DNA from: a virus
Taxonomy: Duplodnaviria; Heunggongvirae; Uroviricota; Caudoviricetes
Strand: one strand, 5' to 3'
Length of the DNA stretch: 24,154 nucleotides
IMG/VR virus record: IMGVR_UViG_2537562172_000007
A model generated the notes under the pieces. That model made no database searches. It worked only from the letters and a program-made list of their open reading frames with translations, and was not told the DNA's origin. The translations under genes were made by a program, and so were the position numbers. How positions within the stretch are numbered: the stretch's first letter is position 1; each line of letters starts with the position of its first letter. This document shows positions 1 through 10,588 of the stretch, piece by piece.

Positions 1-1284
1 TTACAGACTTCTGGAAGGTTGCGCAGCTCTTACAACACGCGGTTGATCTTCCGCAGCGTCTTCCAGCGCACTTAAATCACGGTCTTTCACCTCTGGCATT
101 TTCAGCGCAGAGATTAAACCAATCACTGAATATGCCATGATCATAATGGCGATCGGATACCAGGATTCCGTCATGGTGCAGAAAATACCCGCCAGGATAG
201 GACCAAAACCGGAAGCGATAAGACCACCAATTTCTTTAGAAATAGCCATCCGGGTAAAGCGGTTTTTACAGCCGAACATTTCTGCCATGGTAATGTTTTC
301 CAGAGCAAATAATCCCAGCACCGCACAGTTATGAATCACAATCAGTGCAACCATAATGGTGCTCGGGGCATAGCTTTTATCTACAATGATAGAAAGCATT
401 GGCCATGCCAGCACAATCGCGGAGGTATTCATAATAATATACGGGATCCGGCGACCAATTTTATCGGATAACCAACCAAGGAACGGAATGGTCATAAAGC
501 CGAGAATCGAACTGATCATCAATGCATCTGTTGGAATTGCTTTGTTAAACAATAACGTCTGCACTAAATAGCCTGCAAGGAAAGTCTGAATTAACCCGGA
601 GTTACCCGCCTGACCAAAACGCAGCCCTGTTGCCAGCCAGAAGGATTTGCTCTGGAACATGCTACCAGCAGGTGCAGGTTTTGCTGTCGGTTGGTTACTG
701 TCGTTAACCTTCTCAAAGACCGGGCTTTCTTTCAGATTCATACGCAACCAGATAGCAAAGACCATCACGACAACACTCGCCAGGAACGGTATACGCCATC
801 CCCACGCCAGCAGTTCCTCTTTACTGAGAATGAAGAACATAAAGGCCCAGATTGCCGTTGCGCTCAAGGTTCCGCAGTTAGTTCCCATAGCCACAAATGA
901 GGAGATAATTCCGCGCTTACCTTTTGGCGCATATTCCGCCAGCATCGTACCGGCACCGGAAATTTCCGCACCTGCACCCAACCCCTGAATAATACGCAAC
1001 GTCACCAGCAAGATGGGTGCAAAAACACCAATCTGTGCATAGGTCGGTAACACACCAATTAAGGTGGTACAGATCCCCATCATGGTGATGGTAATAAAGA
1101 GCACTTTTTTACGCCCTATTCTGTCGCCCATTTTGCCGAAAATAAATGCTCCGACAATACGCGCCACATAACCTGCACCGTAGGTTCCCATTGCCAGAAT
1201 TAACGCCATTGCCGTTGATGATTCAGGAAAAAATATTTCATGAAACACTAACGCTGCGCCGAGCGAATATAACTGGAAATCCAT
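1..1284 (-). CDS. ydfJ: MFS / metabolite:H+ symporter family transporter, 5'-truncated at the prophage junction
   Basis: 427-aa ORF with ATG start and multi-TM hydrophobic profile; MFS signatures GDRIGRKK and LVTLRIIQGLGAGAE. N-terminus starts inside the conserved region, consistent with loss of about 25-30 N-terminal codons. Symbol from recalled K-12 Qin context. Confidence 0.8.
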   Translation of the reverse strand: MDFQLYSLGAALVFHEIFFPESSTAMALILAMGTYGAGYVARIVGAFIFGKMGDRIGRKKVLFITITMMGICTTLIGVLPTYAQIGVFAPILLVTLRIIQGLGAGAEISGAGTMLAEYAPKGKRGIISSFVAMGTNCGTLSATAIWAFMFFILSKEELLAWGWRIPFLASVVVMVFAIWLRMNLKESPVFEKVNDSNQPTAKPAPAGSMFQSKSFWLATGLRFGQAGNSGLIQTFLAGYLVQTLLFNKAIPTDALMISSILGFMTIPFLGWLSDKIGRRIPYIIMNTSAIVLAWPMLSIIVDKSYAPSTIMVALIVIHNCAVLGLFALENITMAEMFGCKNRFTRMAISKEIGGLIASGFGPILAGIFCTMTESWYPIAIMIMAYSVIGLISALKMPEVKDRDLSALEDAAEDQPRVVRAAQPSRSL

Positions 1285-1886
1285 AATTCACAGGTGTTTT
1301 TTCCCATCCTGTGGTTTCCTTGGCGTTTTCTAGGTTTTTCAGATAGTTGCATTTTTTAAAAAGCATCCTAAGTTCGATCTCAGTGTCTATCTGGGGCCCA
1401 TTTCTGTCCCATATATGCCCCAAAAAAACTCCTCAACAGATAAGTAGTTTTTTCATGGAGTTACGCGTAAAATCAATAACGGCTGGAAATCATTCAATAC
1501 TCGCACTATCGAAAAATTTACCAGCCAACCGCAGCACGTTCTTGCATAAGGCGTGTCTGCGGTTTTTCAACTATTCAGATACATCACTCCCATCACATTC
1601 ATTCCTCCACATCAAAGGCATATAGGCTATATCACCTTGATATTTTTCTTCTTCAGATAAAAACTGTTATCTATGTATACTTTTAAACCCAATCCGTGTA
1701 GAGTCTCTGCATAAGATAGTTTGCAGTTGCCACTTCAGCTTGCGCCATAAACCGCCTGATTTTTGCCGCCATCTGTTAGCATTCCTGTATACCTGAAACG
1801 ACAATGTTTATCTACGAACTTTAAGAACACCCAGGATAAAAATTGTCAACTATATCATATATAACACATTACTAATTCGAGGCTAT

Positions 1887-2000
1887 ATGAACAGCATACT
1901 GATAATCACTTCGCTCCTTATCATATTCAGCATTTTTAGTCATGCTCTAATAAAATTAGGGATTGGCATATCCAATAACCCAGACAAAACCGATGTATAA
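1887..2000 (+). CDS. small hydrophobic peptide, 37 aa ([37 protein letters not shown])
   Basis: ATG at 1887 preceded by GAGG with 5-nt spacer; single predicted TM helix plus polar tail; below the 60-aa cutoff of the ORF track. Confidence 0.3.
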
Positions 2001-2068
2001 GTCAACATATCCTGAATCAGACATACAATATCGCAATGAAAATCAATAATATTTTAAGGAATATATTC

Positions 2069-2302
2069 ATGAAATCAAAAGACACCCTAAAGTGGTTCCC
2101 TGCGCAGCTTCCTGAAGTCAGAATTATCCTAGGGGATGCTGTAGTGGAAGTAGCAAAACAGGGAAGACCTATCAATACCAGAACATTGCTTGATTACATT
2201 GAAGGAAACATAAAGAAAAAATCATGGCTGGATAACAAAGAATTATTACAAACAGCGATATCAGTTCTTAAAGACAACCAAAATTTAAATGGTAAAATGT
2301 AA
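2069..2302 (+). CDS. ydfK: YdfK/YnaE-family cold-shock-induced prophage protein
   Basis: ORF 2036-2302; internal ATG at 2069 (MKSKDTLKW...) has an AAGGAA Shine-Dalgarno 7 nt upstream, the first ATG at 2036 has none. Position left of pinQ as in Qin and Rac. Confidence 0.7.
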   Translation: MKSKDTLKWFPAQLPEVRIILGDAVVEVAKQGRPINTRTLLDYIEGNIKKKSWLDNKELLQTAISVLKDNQNLNGKM

Positions 2303-2618
2303 TATAATAAACTTACTTTTTTATCATTTTTCCACTTTAACAACATTTTGCTCCACTTTTCCACGACCAAACAACTTGAAATCTGGTTAAAATAACACGC
2401 AACACTATTCTTCTTCCTTGAGTCCGCCCGGAACTCGAAAAACAAACCGAGTTAAAGCCATTTTTCACAAAATCGATTTTGGGTCTCACCAAAGTTACGG
2501 GGTTGCATACGCATTCGTTTATTTTCGAACGTGTACATACAAATATGCACAAAAATAATCAAAATTATTTTCTGAGATGCATTATGATATGAACACCAAT
2601 TTCGTATAGAGTCTCACT

Positions 2619-3209
2619 ATGTCTCGAATTTTTGCTTACTGTCGGATATCAACGCTGGATCAGACCACCGAAAATCAACGCCGGGAAATCGAAAGTGCAG
2701 GTTTTAAAATCAAACCTCAGCAAATAATCGAAGAACACATTAGCGGCTCAGCAGCAACCAGTGAGCGTCCTGGTTTTAACCGGTTGCTTGCTCGCCTGAA
2801 ATGTGGTGATCAATTGATTGTGACAAAACTGGATCGCCTTGGTTGTAATGCAATGGATATCAGGAAAACAGTGGAACAACTGACCGAAACAGGTATCAGA
2901 GTGCATTGCTTAGCATTGGGGGGCATTGACCTGACCAGTCCAACAGGAAAAATGATGATGCACGTAATTTCAGCAGTCGCTGAATTTGAACGAGACCTTT
3001 TACTTGAACGCACTCATTCCGGGATAGTAAGAGCCCGCGGCGCAGGGAAACGTTTTGGTCGACCACCTGTGTTAAATGAAGAACAGAAACAGGTGGTATT
3101 CGAACGAATTAAGTCAGGTGTAAGTATAAGTGCCATTGCCCGGGAATTCAAAACCTCGCGGCAAACCATTTTAAGAGCCAAAGCAAAACTTCAGACACCT
3201 GACATATAA
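2619..3209 (+). CDS. pinQ: serine recombinase, Pin/Gin/Hin-type DNA invertase
   Basis: 196 aa; N-terminal resolvase catalytic region (YCRISTLDQ with nucleophile Ser), C-terminal HTH; convergent with tfa/stf genes. Confidence 0.9.
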   Translation: MSRIFAYCRISTLDQTTENQRREIESAGFKIKPQQIIEEHISGSAATSERPGFNRLLARLKCGDQLIVTKLDRLGCNAMDIRKTVEQLTETGIRVHCLALGGIDLTSPTGKMMMHVISAVAEFERDLLLERTHSGIVRARGAGKRFGRPPVLNEEQKQVVFERIKSGVSISAIAREFKTSRQTILRAKAKLQTPDI

Positions 3210-3306
3210 AAAATAATCTCGGTGTGAGATGCTTTACGTCTTCCAAGCCCCCTTCCTTGCCGTAAATGGAGAGATACATCTAATTATAGAATTTATATGT
3301 TTTACC

Positions 3307-3882
3307 CTACGGCAGTGCTGGCCATTCAATATCCGGTGCAGTTGATGTATCAACACGGTTCAGCAACACCCGATACTTTTTCCAGGCTTCCAGCAACAAG
3401 GTTTCTTCCTCCGTTGCGATCTCCAGATCCACAGCATCCTGAAGCGGCGCTATATGCTCACTGGCTATCTGCATCAGGCTGTTTTTTGTTTCTTCCGCCT
3501 CCCGGATCCGGAACAGTTTTTCTGCTTCCGTATCCTTCACCCAGGCTGTGCCGTTCCACTTCTGATATTCCCCTCCCGGCGATAACCAGGTGACATTTTC
3601 CGGTAACGGACCGAGTTCAGAAATAAATAACGCGTCGCCGGAAGCCACGTCATAAACCGTTTTACCCCGATGATCTTCAACGAGATGCCACGATGCCTCA
3701 TCACTGTTGAAAACAGCCACGAAGCCTGCCGGAATATCTGGCGGTGCAATATCGGTACTGTTTGCTGGCAGACCTGTATGAGGCGGAATATATGCGTCAC
3801 CTTCACCAATAAATTCATTAGTTCCGGCCAGCAGATTATAAATTTTTATGGTCCGTGGTTGTTCACTCATTCTGAATGCCAT
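3307..3882 (-). CDS. tfaQ: tail fibre assembly protein
   Basis: 191-aa ORF; start ATG overlaps stop of the upstream stf fragment (TAATG); recalled Tfa family sequence. Confidence 0.85.
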   Translation of the reverse strand: MAFRMSEQPRTIKIYNLLAGTNEFIGEGDAYIPPHTGLPANSTDIAPPDIPAGFVAVFNSDEASWHLVEDHRGKTVYDVASGDALFISELGPLPENVTWLSPGGEYQKWNGTAWVKDTEAEKLFRIREAEETKNSLMQIASEHIAPLQDAVDLEIATEEETLLLEAWKKYRVLLNRVDTSTAPDIEWPALP

Positions 3883-4190
3883 TACGCAAGCCTCACAATA
3901 TAGTTAAATGCGATGTTTTTGACGGTGTTTTCCGCGTTACCAGCAGCGTTAACGGTGATGGTATGTCCATGTGAACCAATCGCAACGGAGTGCGTATGAG
4001 CACCAATACCGACAGTATGTGCGTGTGCACCTGCGCTTGCAGCAGTACCCGATACAGAGTGCGTATGAGCGCCTGCAGAAGAAGTGTTAACACTGTATTT
4101 AGAATAATCAGGTGATCCACTTCCCGGAGCACCACTGGAACCACCTGAAACAAATGTCATCGAATGGGTATGTGCACCGGCTGTCCCCAT
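3882..4190 (-). pseudogene. stfQ: side tail fibre protein, C-terminal fragment (His-rich GAHTHS repeats)
   Basis: 102-aa ORF ending ...[11 protein letters not shown] with repeated GAHTHS/GAHAHT motifs typical of lambda Stf C-terminus; reading frame differs from the upstream J fragment. Confidence 0.7.
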
Positions 4191-5305
4191 GCATTTACCG
4201 CCCGGACTGTCAGCCTGTAATTTCCCAGCGCCAGCTGCGTGAAGCGATATGTGGTTTCCGTCGTCCGGGCCGTGCTGACCAACCGCTCACTGCCGTCGTC
4301 CGCTGCCACGGTCAGGCGAAGCATAAAGCTCACCCCCTTCACCACCTTCGGCGTGTCCCAGCGCGCCAGCACCTGGTATTCCCCGCTGTCTGCGGTGACT
4401 TCTGCGGTCAGGTGCTGAACTGCTGGCGGCGTGACACCATTCACCGTGCCGCTCTGGTCACCGTCAAAGTGCGCCCCGTTATCCACGATGGCTTCTTTCT
4501 CCGGTACATGCTGCACGGCAGTGATGGCATACGTACCGTCATCGTTCTCACGGATACTCACACAGCGGAACAGGCGCTGACGCAGCGTCGGCAGCTTCAG
4601 CCCCCACACGCTGTACTCGGCAACGCCGTCAGGAACCCGGCTCACTTTCACCTTCACGCCGTCGGTGACGGACTGGACCTCCACGCTCACCGGATTACCC
4701 TGCCCGTCAACCAGGCTTATCAGCGTGGTGCCGGAGGATGGCAGCGTGATTTCACGGTCGAGCGTCAGTGTCCGCGTCTGGCTGTTCACCGCCAGCACGC
4801 GCCCGCCGATGCTGATCCCCGCATAGTCATCATCACAGATTTCAATGACATCACCTGGTACATGGCGAAGCCCTTCGGCACCCACGCTGAAGTCCACGGT
4901 CTGCGTTTCCAGCAGTTCCGTTTTAATCAGCCACAGCCCGGCTCGGTGCGCCTGCCCCCGCCTGGTACAGCCAAAGGCATCCATCTTCGTGACGTTACGA
5001 CCGTAACGGGCAATGGCCTGCGTGTCCTCCACAAGCTCTGTCGCCGTCTCCCAGCCGTTATCCGGGTCAATCCAGTTCACCTCAACGGCATTATGGCGGT
5101 CCTTCAGGGCGCTGAAGCTGTAGCGGAACGGCGCGCCATCATCCGGCATCACCACATTACTGCGGTTATAGGTCCACACCTTATCTGATGGTCGGTCCTG
5201 CACGAACGTCAGCGTCTGCCCGTTCCATACCGGCATACAGCGCATCGCCGACCGGCTCACCTTTTTCGTTCTGCTCATTACAGAAAAAATAACGTTCTCC
5301 ACCAA
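4157..5305 (-). pseudogene. lambda J (tail tip / host specificity protein) internal fragment
   Basis: 382-aa ORF; from about residue 20 it matches recalled lambda J residues ~360-740 (MRCMPVWNGQTLTFVQDRPSDK ... [22 protein letters not shown]), then diverges and stops. Confidence 0.75.
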
Positions 5306-5396
5306 CCTCTGTCAGGTCGATTTCCCAGAGCACCACGCTGGCCGACTGCTCCGCACGGGTGCATTCATTCAGTGTTTCCTGCCGGATAACCAACAC
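5181..5396 (-). pseudogene. lambda L (minor tail protein) N-terminal fragment, about 49 codons
   Basis: 71-aa ORF; residues 4-49 (IRQETLNECTRAEQSASVVLWEIDLTEVGGERYFFCNEQNEKGEPV) match recalled gpL N-terminus; the remainder is out-of-frame J DNA. Confidence 0.5.
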
Positions 5397-5631
5397 GGGC
5401 AGACTTCACCACATTCACCTCGCGGATGTAGTCGCTGCCCATCGCATTCATGATGGCCCGCTGAAAGGGCAGTGTTTCCCAGCGCCCTTCCTGGTATGCG
5501 GATTCTTTCGGGAGATAGTAATTGGCATCCGCCCATTCAACGGCGGTCTGTGGCTCCGGCCTGAACAGTGAGCGAAGCCCGGCGCGGACAAAATGCCGCA
5601 GCCTGTTAACCTGACTGTTCGATATATTCAC
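5365..5631 (-). pseudogene. terminase large subunit (lambda A) N-terminal fragment, about 82 codons
   Basis: 88-aa ORF MNISNSQVNRLRHFVRAGLRSLFRPEPQTAVEWADANYYLPKE... matches lambda gpA N-terminus up to ...ARVGY, then stops; overlaps the Nu1 3' end as in lambda. Confidence 0.8.
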
Positions 5632-6151
5632 TCAGCAACCCCGGTATCAGTTCATCCAGCGCGGCTGCTTTGTTCATGGCTTTGATGATATCCCGTTTCA
5701 GGAAATCAACATGTCGGTTTTCCAGTTCCGGAAAACGCCGCTGCACCGACAGGGGGATCCCGTCGAGAATACTGGCAATTTCACCTGCGATCCGCGACAA
5801 CACGAAAGTACAGAATGCGGTTTCCACCACTTCAGCGGAGTCTCTGGCATTTTTCAGCTCCTGTGCGTCGGCCTGCGCACGCGTAAGTCGATGGCGTTCG
5901 TACTCAATAGTCCCTGGCTGGAGATCTGTCTCGCTGGCCTGCCGCAGTTCTTCAACTTCCCGGCGCAGCTTTTCGTTCTCAATTTCAGCATCCCTTTCGG
6001 CATACCATTTTATGACGGCGGCAGAATCATAAAGCACCTCATTACCCTTGCCACCGCCTCGCAGAACGGGCATTCCCTGTTCCTGCCAGTTCTGAATGGT
6101 ACGGATACTCGCACCGAAAATGTCAGCCAGCTGCTTTTTGTTGACTTCCAT
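5606..6151 (-). CDS. nohA: terminase small subunit, Nu1 homologue
   Basis: 181-aa ORF MEVNKKQLADIFGASIRTIQNWQEQGMPV... matches lambda Nu1 along its length, including the N-terminal HTH. Confidence 0.9.
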   Translation of the reverse strand: MEVNKKQLADIFGASIRTIQNWQEQGMPVLRGGGKGNEVLYDSAAVIKWYAERDAEIENEKLRREVEELRQASETDLQPGTIEYERHRLTRAQADAQELKNARDSAEVVETAFCTFVLSRIAGEIASILDGIPLSVQRRFPELENRHVDFLKRDIIKAMNKAAALDELIPGLLSEYIEQSG

Positions 6152-6440
6152 TGTTCATTCCACGGACAAAAACAGAGAAAGGAAACGACAAAGGCCAAAA
6201 AGCCCGCTTTCAGCACCTGTCGTTTCCTTTCTTTTCAGGGGGTATTTTAAATAAAAACATTAAGTTACGACGAAGAAGAACGGAAACACCTTAAACCGGA
6301 AAATTTTCATAAATAGCGAAAACCCGCGAGGTCGCCGCCCCGTAACCTGTCGGATCACCGGAAAGGACCCGTAAAGTGATAATGATTATCATCTACATAT
6401 CACAACGTGCGTGGAGGCCATCAAACCACGTCAAATAATC
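6152..6440 (-). other. lambda-type cos region (cosB 6152-6328, cosN 6329-6340, cosQ-containing flank about 6341-6440)
   Basis: Reverse complement of 6152-6340 reads GGGCGGCGACCTCGCGGGTTTTCGCTATTTATGAAAATTTTCCGG... as at the lambda left end; 6341-6440 reverse complement matches the recalled lambda right end (...CACTTTACGGGTCCTTTCCGGTGATCCGACAGGTTACG). Confidence 0.8.
6329..6340 (-). other. cosN cohesive-end site (GGGCGGCGACCT on minus strand)
   Basis: Exact 12-mer AGGTCGCCGCCC on plus strand, the reverse complement of the lambda 12-nt cohesive end. Confidence 0.8.
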
Positions 6441-6539
6441 AATTATGACGCAGGTATCGTATTAATTGATCTGCATCAACTTAACGTAAAAACAACTTCA
6501 GACAATACAAATCAGCGACACTGAATACGGGGCAACCTC

Positions 6540-6773
6540 ATGTCAACGAAGAACAGAACCCGCAGAACAACAACCCGCAACATCCGCTTTCCTAACCAAA
6601 TGATTGAACAAATTAACATCGCTCTTGAGCAAAAAGGGTCCGGGAATTTCTCAGCCTGGGTCATTGAAGCCTGCCGCCGGAGACTGTGCTCAGAAAAAAG
6701 AGTTTCTTCTGAAGCAAACAAAGAAAAGAGTGACATTACTGAATTGCTCAGAAAACAGGTCAGACCAGATTGA
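6540..6773 (+). CDS. ynfO: small ribbon-helix-helix (Arc/MetJ-like) protein
   Basis: 77-aa ORF; basic N-tail, then a strand-helix-helix pattern (RNIRFP / NQMIEQINIALEQKG / NFSAWVIEACRRRL) resembling Arc-type RHH folds. Symbol from recalled Qin order. Confidence 0.65.
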   Translation: MSTKNRTRRTTTRNIRFPNQMIEQINIALEQKGSGNFSAWVIEACRRRLCSEKRVSSEANKEKSDITELLRKQVRPD

Positions 6774-6830
6774 AGCAATTTAGATAATCGTGCAGACTAC
6801 GCCCCCTCATATCACATGGAAGGTTTATCT

Positions 6831-7241
6831 ATGGATCAGGTAGTCATTTTTAAACAAATATTTGATAAAGTTCGAAACGATTTAAACTATCAATGGTTTT
6901 ATTCTGAGCTAAAACGTCACAATGTCTCACATTACATTTACTATTTAGCCACAGAGAATGTTCATATTGTATTAAAAAATGATAATACAGTGTTATTAAA
7001 GGGCCTAAAAAACATTGTGTCTGTCAAATTTTCAAAGGATAGGCATCTTATAGAAACGACCTCTAATAAGCTGAAATCCAGAGAGATCACATTTCAGGAA
7101 TACAGAAGAAACCTTGCTAAAGCAGGAGTTTTTCGGTGGGTTACAAATATCCACGAACAAAAAAGATATTACTATACCTTTGATAATTCATTACTATTTA
7201 CTGAAAGCATCCAGAAAACTACACAGATCTTACCACGCTAA
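6831..7241 (+). CDS. ydfO: DUF1398-like prophage protein
   Basis: ORF 6816-7241; ATG at 6831 has a GGAAGG Shine-Dalgarno 6 nt upstream, giving 136 aa; position after ynfO as in Qin. Confidence 0.7.
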
Positions 7242-7392
7242 ACCATAACGTCCGGCTTCTCTCACTCCTGAGCCGGACTGCATTGGTTTAATAAAAACCA
7301 TCAACAATTGTGATTTAGATATTCGGAACCATTCAAATATAACAAAACCCCGTAAAAACGAGGTTTATGGATAAATTTTATTATTGAATACA

Positions 7393-7566
7393 TCAGATTA
7401 AATTAATCTTGACATCATAGCTTTCAAGACCCGTCATTTTTTCCCGTGCGGTAAACTGAATACTGGTAACTTCTTTCCCGGTCTTTTTCTTAAGTTCAAT
7501 AATTTTTTTTGTTATATATTCAGAAATATCTGCTTCTGCTTTTGTTTTTAAGTTTTCAATATTCAT
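7393..7566 (-). CDS. gnsB: GnsA/GnsB family small protein, 57 aa
   Basis: Manually translated MNIENLKTKAEADISEYITKKIIELKKKTGKEVTSIQFTAREKMTGLESYDVKINLI; AAGAGGAAA Shine-Dalgarno upstream; absent from the ORF track because under 60 aa. Confidence 0.75.
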   Translation of the reverse strand: MNIENLKTKAEADISEYITKKIIELKKKTGKEVTSIQFTAREKMTGLESYDVKINLI

Positions 7567-7737
7567 CATTTCCTCTTTTAGTCTGTTATGACTTTCCAGT
7601 TACACAGTAAGTCGATTATATGGTGCAAACGTGTAAAAGATAAGATGAAACATCGCAATAATCAACATACGATAGTCTAAATTTTACACAAACAGACAAA
7701 GAGAATTTTCCTGAATTATCAATGCAATAGCATCAAA

Positions 7738-7893
7738 TCAACTCAAGAGCCTTATTGCTGCTTCCAGAATTTCTTCTGAAGTAACATGTCGATCCGCGGC
7801 TACATAAATGACTTTATGATCTCCGGTCAGAGATGGAAACCCTGCGGCCATTACAGTAAGGTGTGTTTTTTCGCCATTTGGATATTCACGCAT
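7738..7893 (-). CDS. ynfN: small cold-shock-associated prophage protein, 51 aa
   Basis: 63-aa ORF; internal ATG at 7893 (MREYPNGEKTHLTV...) gives the recalled 51-aa YnfN length. Confidence 0.65.
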   Translation of the reverse strand: MREYPNGEKTHLTVMAAGFPSLTGDHKVIYVAADRHVTSEEILEAAIRLLS

Positions 7894-8010
7894 GATGGTG
7901 TTAACTCCAGTCATCGCTGGCACTACCACTGCTGGTTCAGAGTTAAAAAAACTATGATTTTTTTCATGATGTTACCGTAGTATGTGAGTATCCATCGAAT
8001 AGACACCAAG

Positions 8011-8031
8011 CAAAAAAGCTCCCGAAGGAGC
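8011..8031 (-). terminator. rho-independent terminator candidate between cspI and ynfN
   Basis: Minus-strand hairpin GGCTCC-TTCG-GGAGC followed by TTTTTTG. Confidence 0.5.
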
Positions 8032-8238
8032 CTTCATTTTCACTTTTTTAAATCCAACGACAGACGGCTGGCATTTAAGTATTGTGAAATATTATCAAAT
8101 GTAATCATCATTGATTTACAAAAGATACATTTTGCCCCGAAAGGATTCATGTCAGAAACATCAAAAGATGATGTTCTATACTGGGAACCATGACAACACG
8201 GGCATCTAAAGTGAATATGGTTTGTAATATTGTCTACC

Positions 8239-8451
8239 TCAAAGCGCCACTACATGAACAGCGGCAGGACCTTTAGGTCCGTTCTCAATACCAAATTCAA
8301 CTTCCTGATTCTCAGTTAATGTTTTGAAATCGTTGCTCTGAATTGCTGAGAAATGGACAAACACATCTTTGCTGCCATCTTTCGGCGTGATGAAACCAAA
8401 ACCTTTTTCAGGGTTAAACCATTTCACTAAACCAGTCATTTTGTTAGACAT
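8239..8451 (-). CDS. cspI: CspA-family cold shock protein
   Basis: 70 aa with cold-shock domain motifs KGFGFI and VFVHF; sequence consistent with recalled CspI. Confidence 0.9.
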   Translation of the reverse strand: MSNKMTGLVKWFNPEKGFGFITPKDGSKDVFVHFSAIQSNDFKTLTENQEVEFGIENGPKGPAAVHVVAL

Positions 8452-8813
8452 AATTATTACCTTTTGAAGAAATTAGCCCTTGGGCAGAATGGTCCGAAAA
8501 AAAATATCAGAGAGAAAAACCAACAAGGAAATCTCAAGAGGTACAAATAATAAAATTATAACAATGACTGCTTCAGATAAATTTGTAACAAACCAGAACA
8601 CCATTAACGCATGATTAACCACCCATAGCAAGGATTACTTTTGTAAAGAAAAACACAGCAATGAAAGAATAGCTTTATTTATTAATAAAACGTGTCATTC
8701 TGATTAAGACCTTTTATCTTACCCTTAAGATTTCAGGAATTTTGGCTCATGGAAGAGTCCTTTTTATTTAAATTTTACATTCCGCGATGTAAATGTTCCG
8801 ATTTAATATTACC

Positions 8814-9837
<1,024 letters not shown>

Positions 9838-9841
<4 letters not shown>

Positions 9842-10149
9842 AGATATTTATGATGAGGACGCTCGTGCTTATTGGCAGGATTTTCAATCTTAAAGGAGTA
9901 CTGATGCTGCAGATAAGACTCAACTTTTTCTGACAATTTTTCTGCTACTTCCAGGAAGACTTGCCGGACGCTCCTTCTGGCTGCTGCCTCATAAAACTCC
10001 AGCGCAGCTCCTTCAACACGGTCCATGGCGACATCCAGGTCAAAAATTTCACCGTCAAAGCGTTCTTTGTCCTGTAAGGCTACAGTTACCGTAACTTTAT
10101 TCTCAAAATTACGGACTCCTTTCACAACCAGTTCATAGTCTTGAGTCAT
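9838..10149 (-). CDS. ydfR: DUF1327-like prophage protein
   Basis: 103-aa ORF between holin and endolysin, as recalled for Qin. Confidence 0.7.
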
Positions 10150-10153
10150 TGGA

Positions 10154-10369
10154 TTACTCTCCTCTCGCAGCCTTACGCCTGTCTTCTTTAATCTTGAAAT
10201 AAAGATTTGTCAGATACGTCAGCAGGCCAAAAACCAGGCTACCCAGCACACCGATTGCAGCCCACTGTGACGGAGTTACTTTATCGAGTAACTGCAATGC
10301 CCAGAAACCAGCATTACCCGCCGATGTGCCATAGGCAACACCTGTTGTTAACTTATCCATTGATTTCAT
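10154..10369 (-). CDS. essQ: class II holin (phage 21 S-like pinholin) with dual-start motif
   Basis: ATG at 10369 gives 71 aa starting MKSMDK (Met1-Lys2-Ser3-Met4 dual start as in S21); two TM segments; the ORF track's longer 96-aa start is unlikely. Confidence 0.85.
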   Translation of the reverse strand: MKSMDKLTTGVAYGTSAGNAGFWALQLLDKVTPSQWAAIGVLGSLVFGLLTYLTNLYFKIKEDRRKAARGE

Positions 10370-10588
10370 ATCCTCACCCCGATGTACACGGATGGTGCAA
10401 TATGTTTGAAAAGATCGGAGTCTACGGGGTAGTTTTGACAGCACACGTTGTTCTCAACGGCGCTAAAAAAACATACACATTAAAAATGTGGGTAATTATT
10501 TTGAAAGAAAGTCATATATAAAATAATAATACGAGAAATGTTTTCATATTTAGTGTACTGTATACGGCCATTTATACAGGAAAAGCCT

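Noticed and set aside
137-988. Several 60-113-aa plus-strand ORFs inside ydfJ
   Set aside because: Antisense to a well-supported transporter gene, with no ribosome-binding sites or recognisable motifs.
3253-3278. Possible gix/hix-like 26-bp crossover site between pinQ and tfaQ
   Set aside because: Only about 5 of 12 positions per half-site match the Gin/Hin consensus; too weak to call without alignment to verified Pin sites.
3882-4190. CRISPR-like or tandem DNA repeat in the stf fragment
   Set aside because: The periodicity is the coding repeat for GAHTHS His-box motifs, not spacer-repeat architecture; no CRISPR array exists in the window.
4112-5188. 358-aa plus-strand ORF antisense to the J fragment
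   Set aside because: Lies entirely opposite a region with clear lambda J homology on the minus strand; Arg/His/Pro-rich composition typical of antisense translation of GC-rich coding DNA.
5670-6250. 120- and 179-aa plus-strand ORFs over nohA and cosB
   Set aside because: Antisense to the strongly supported Nu1 homologue and to the cos site.
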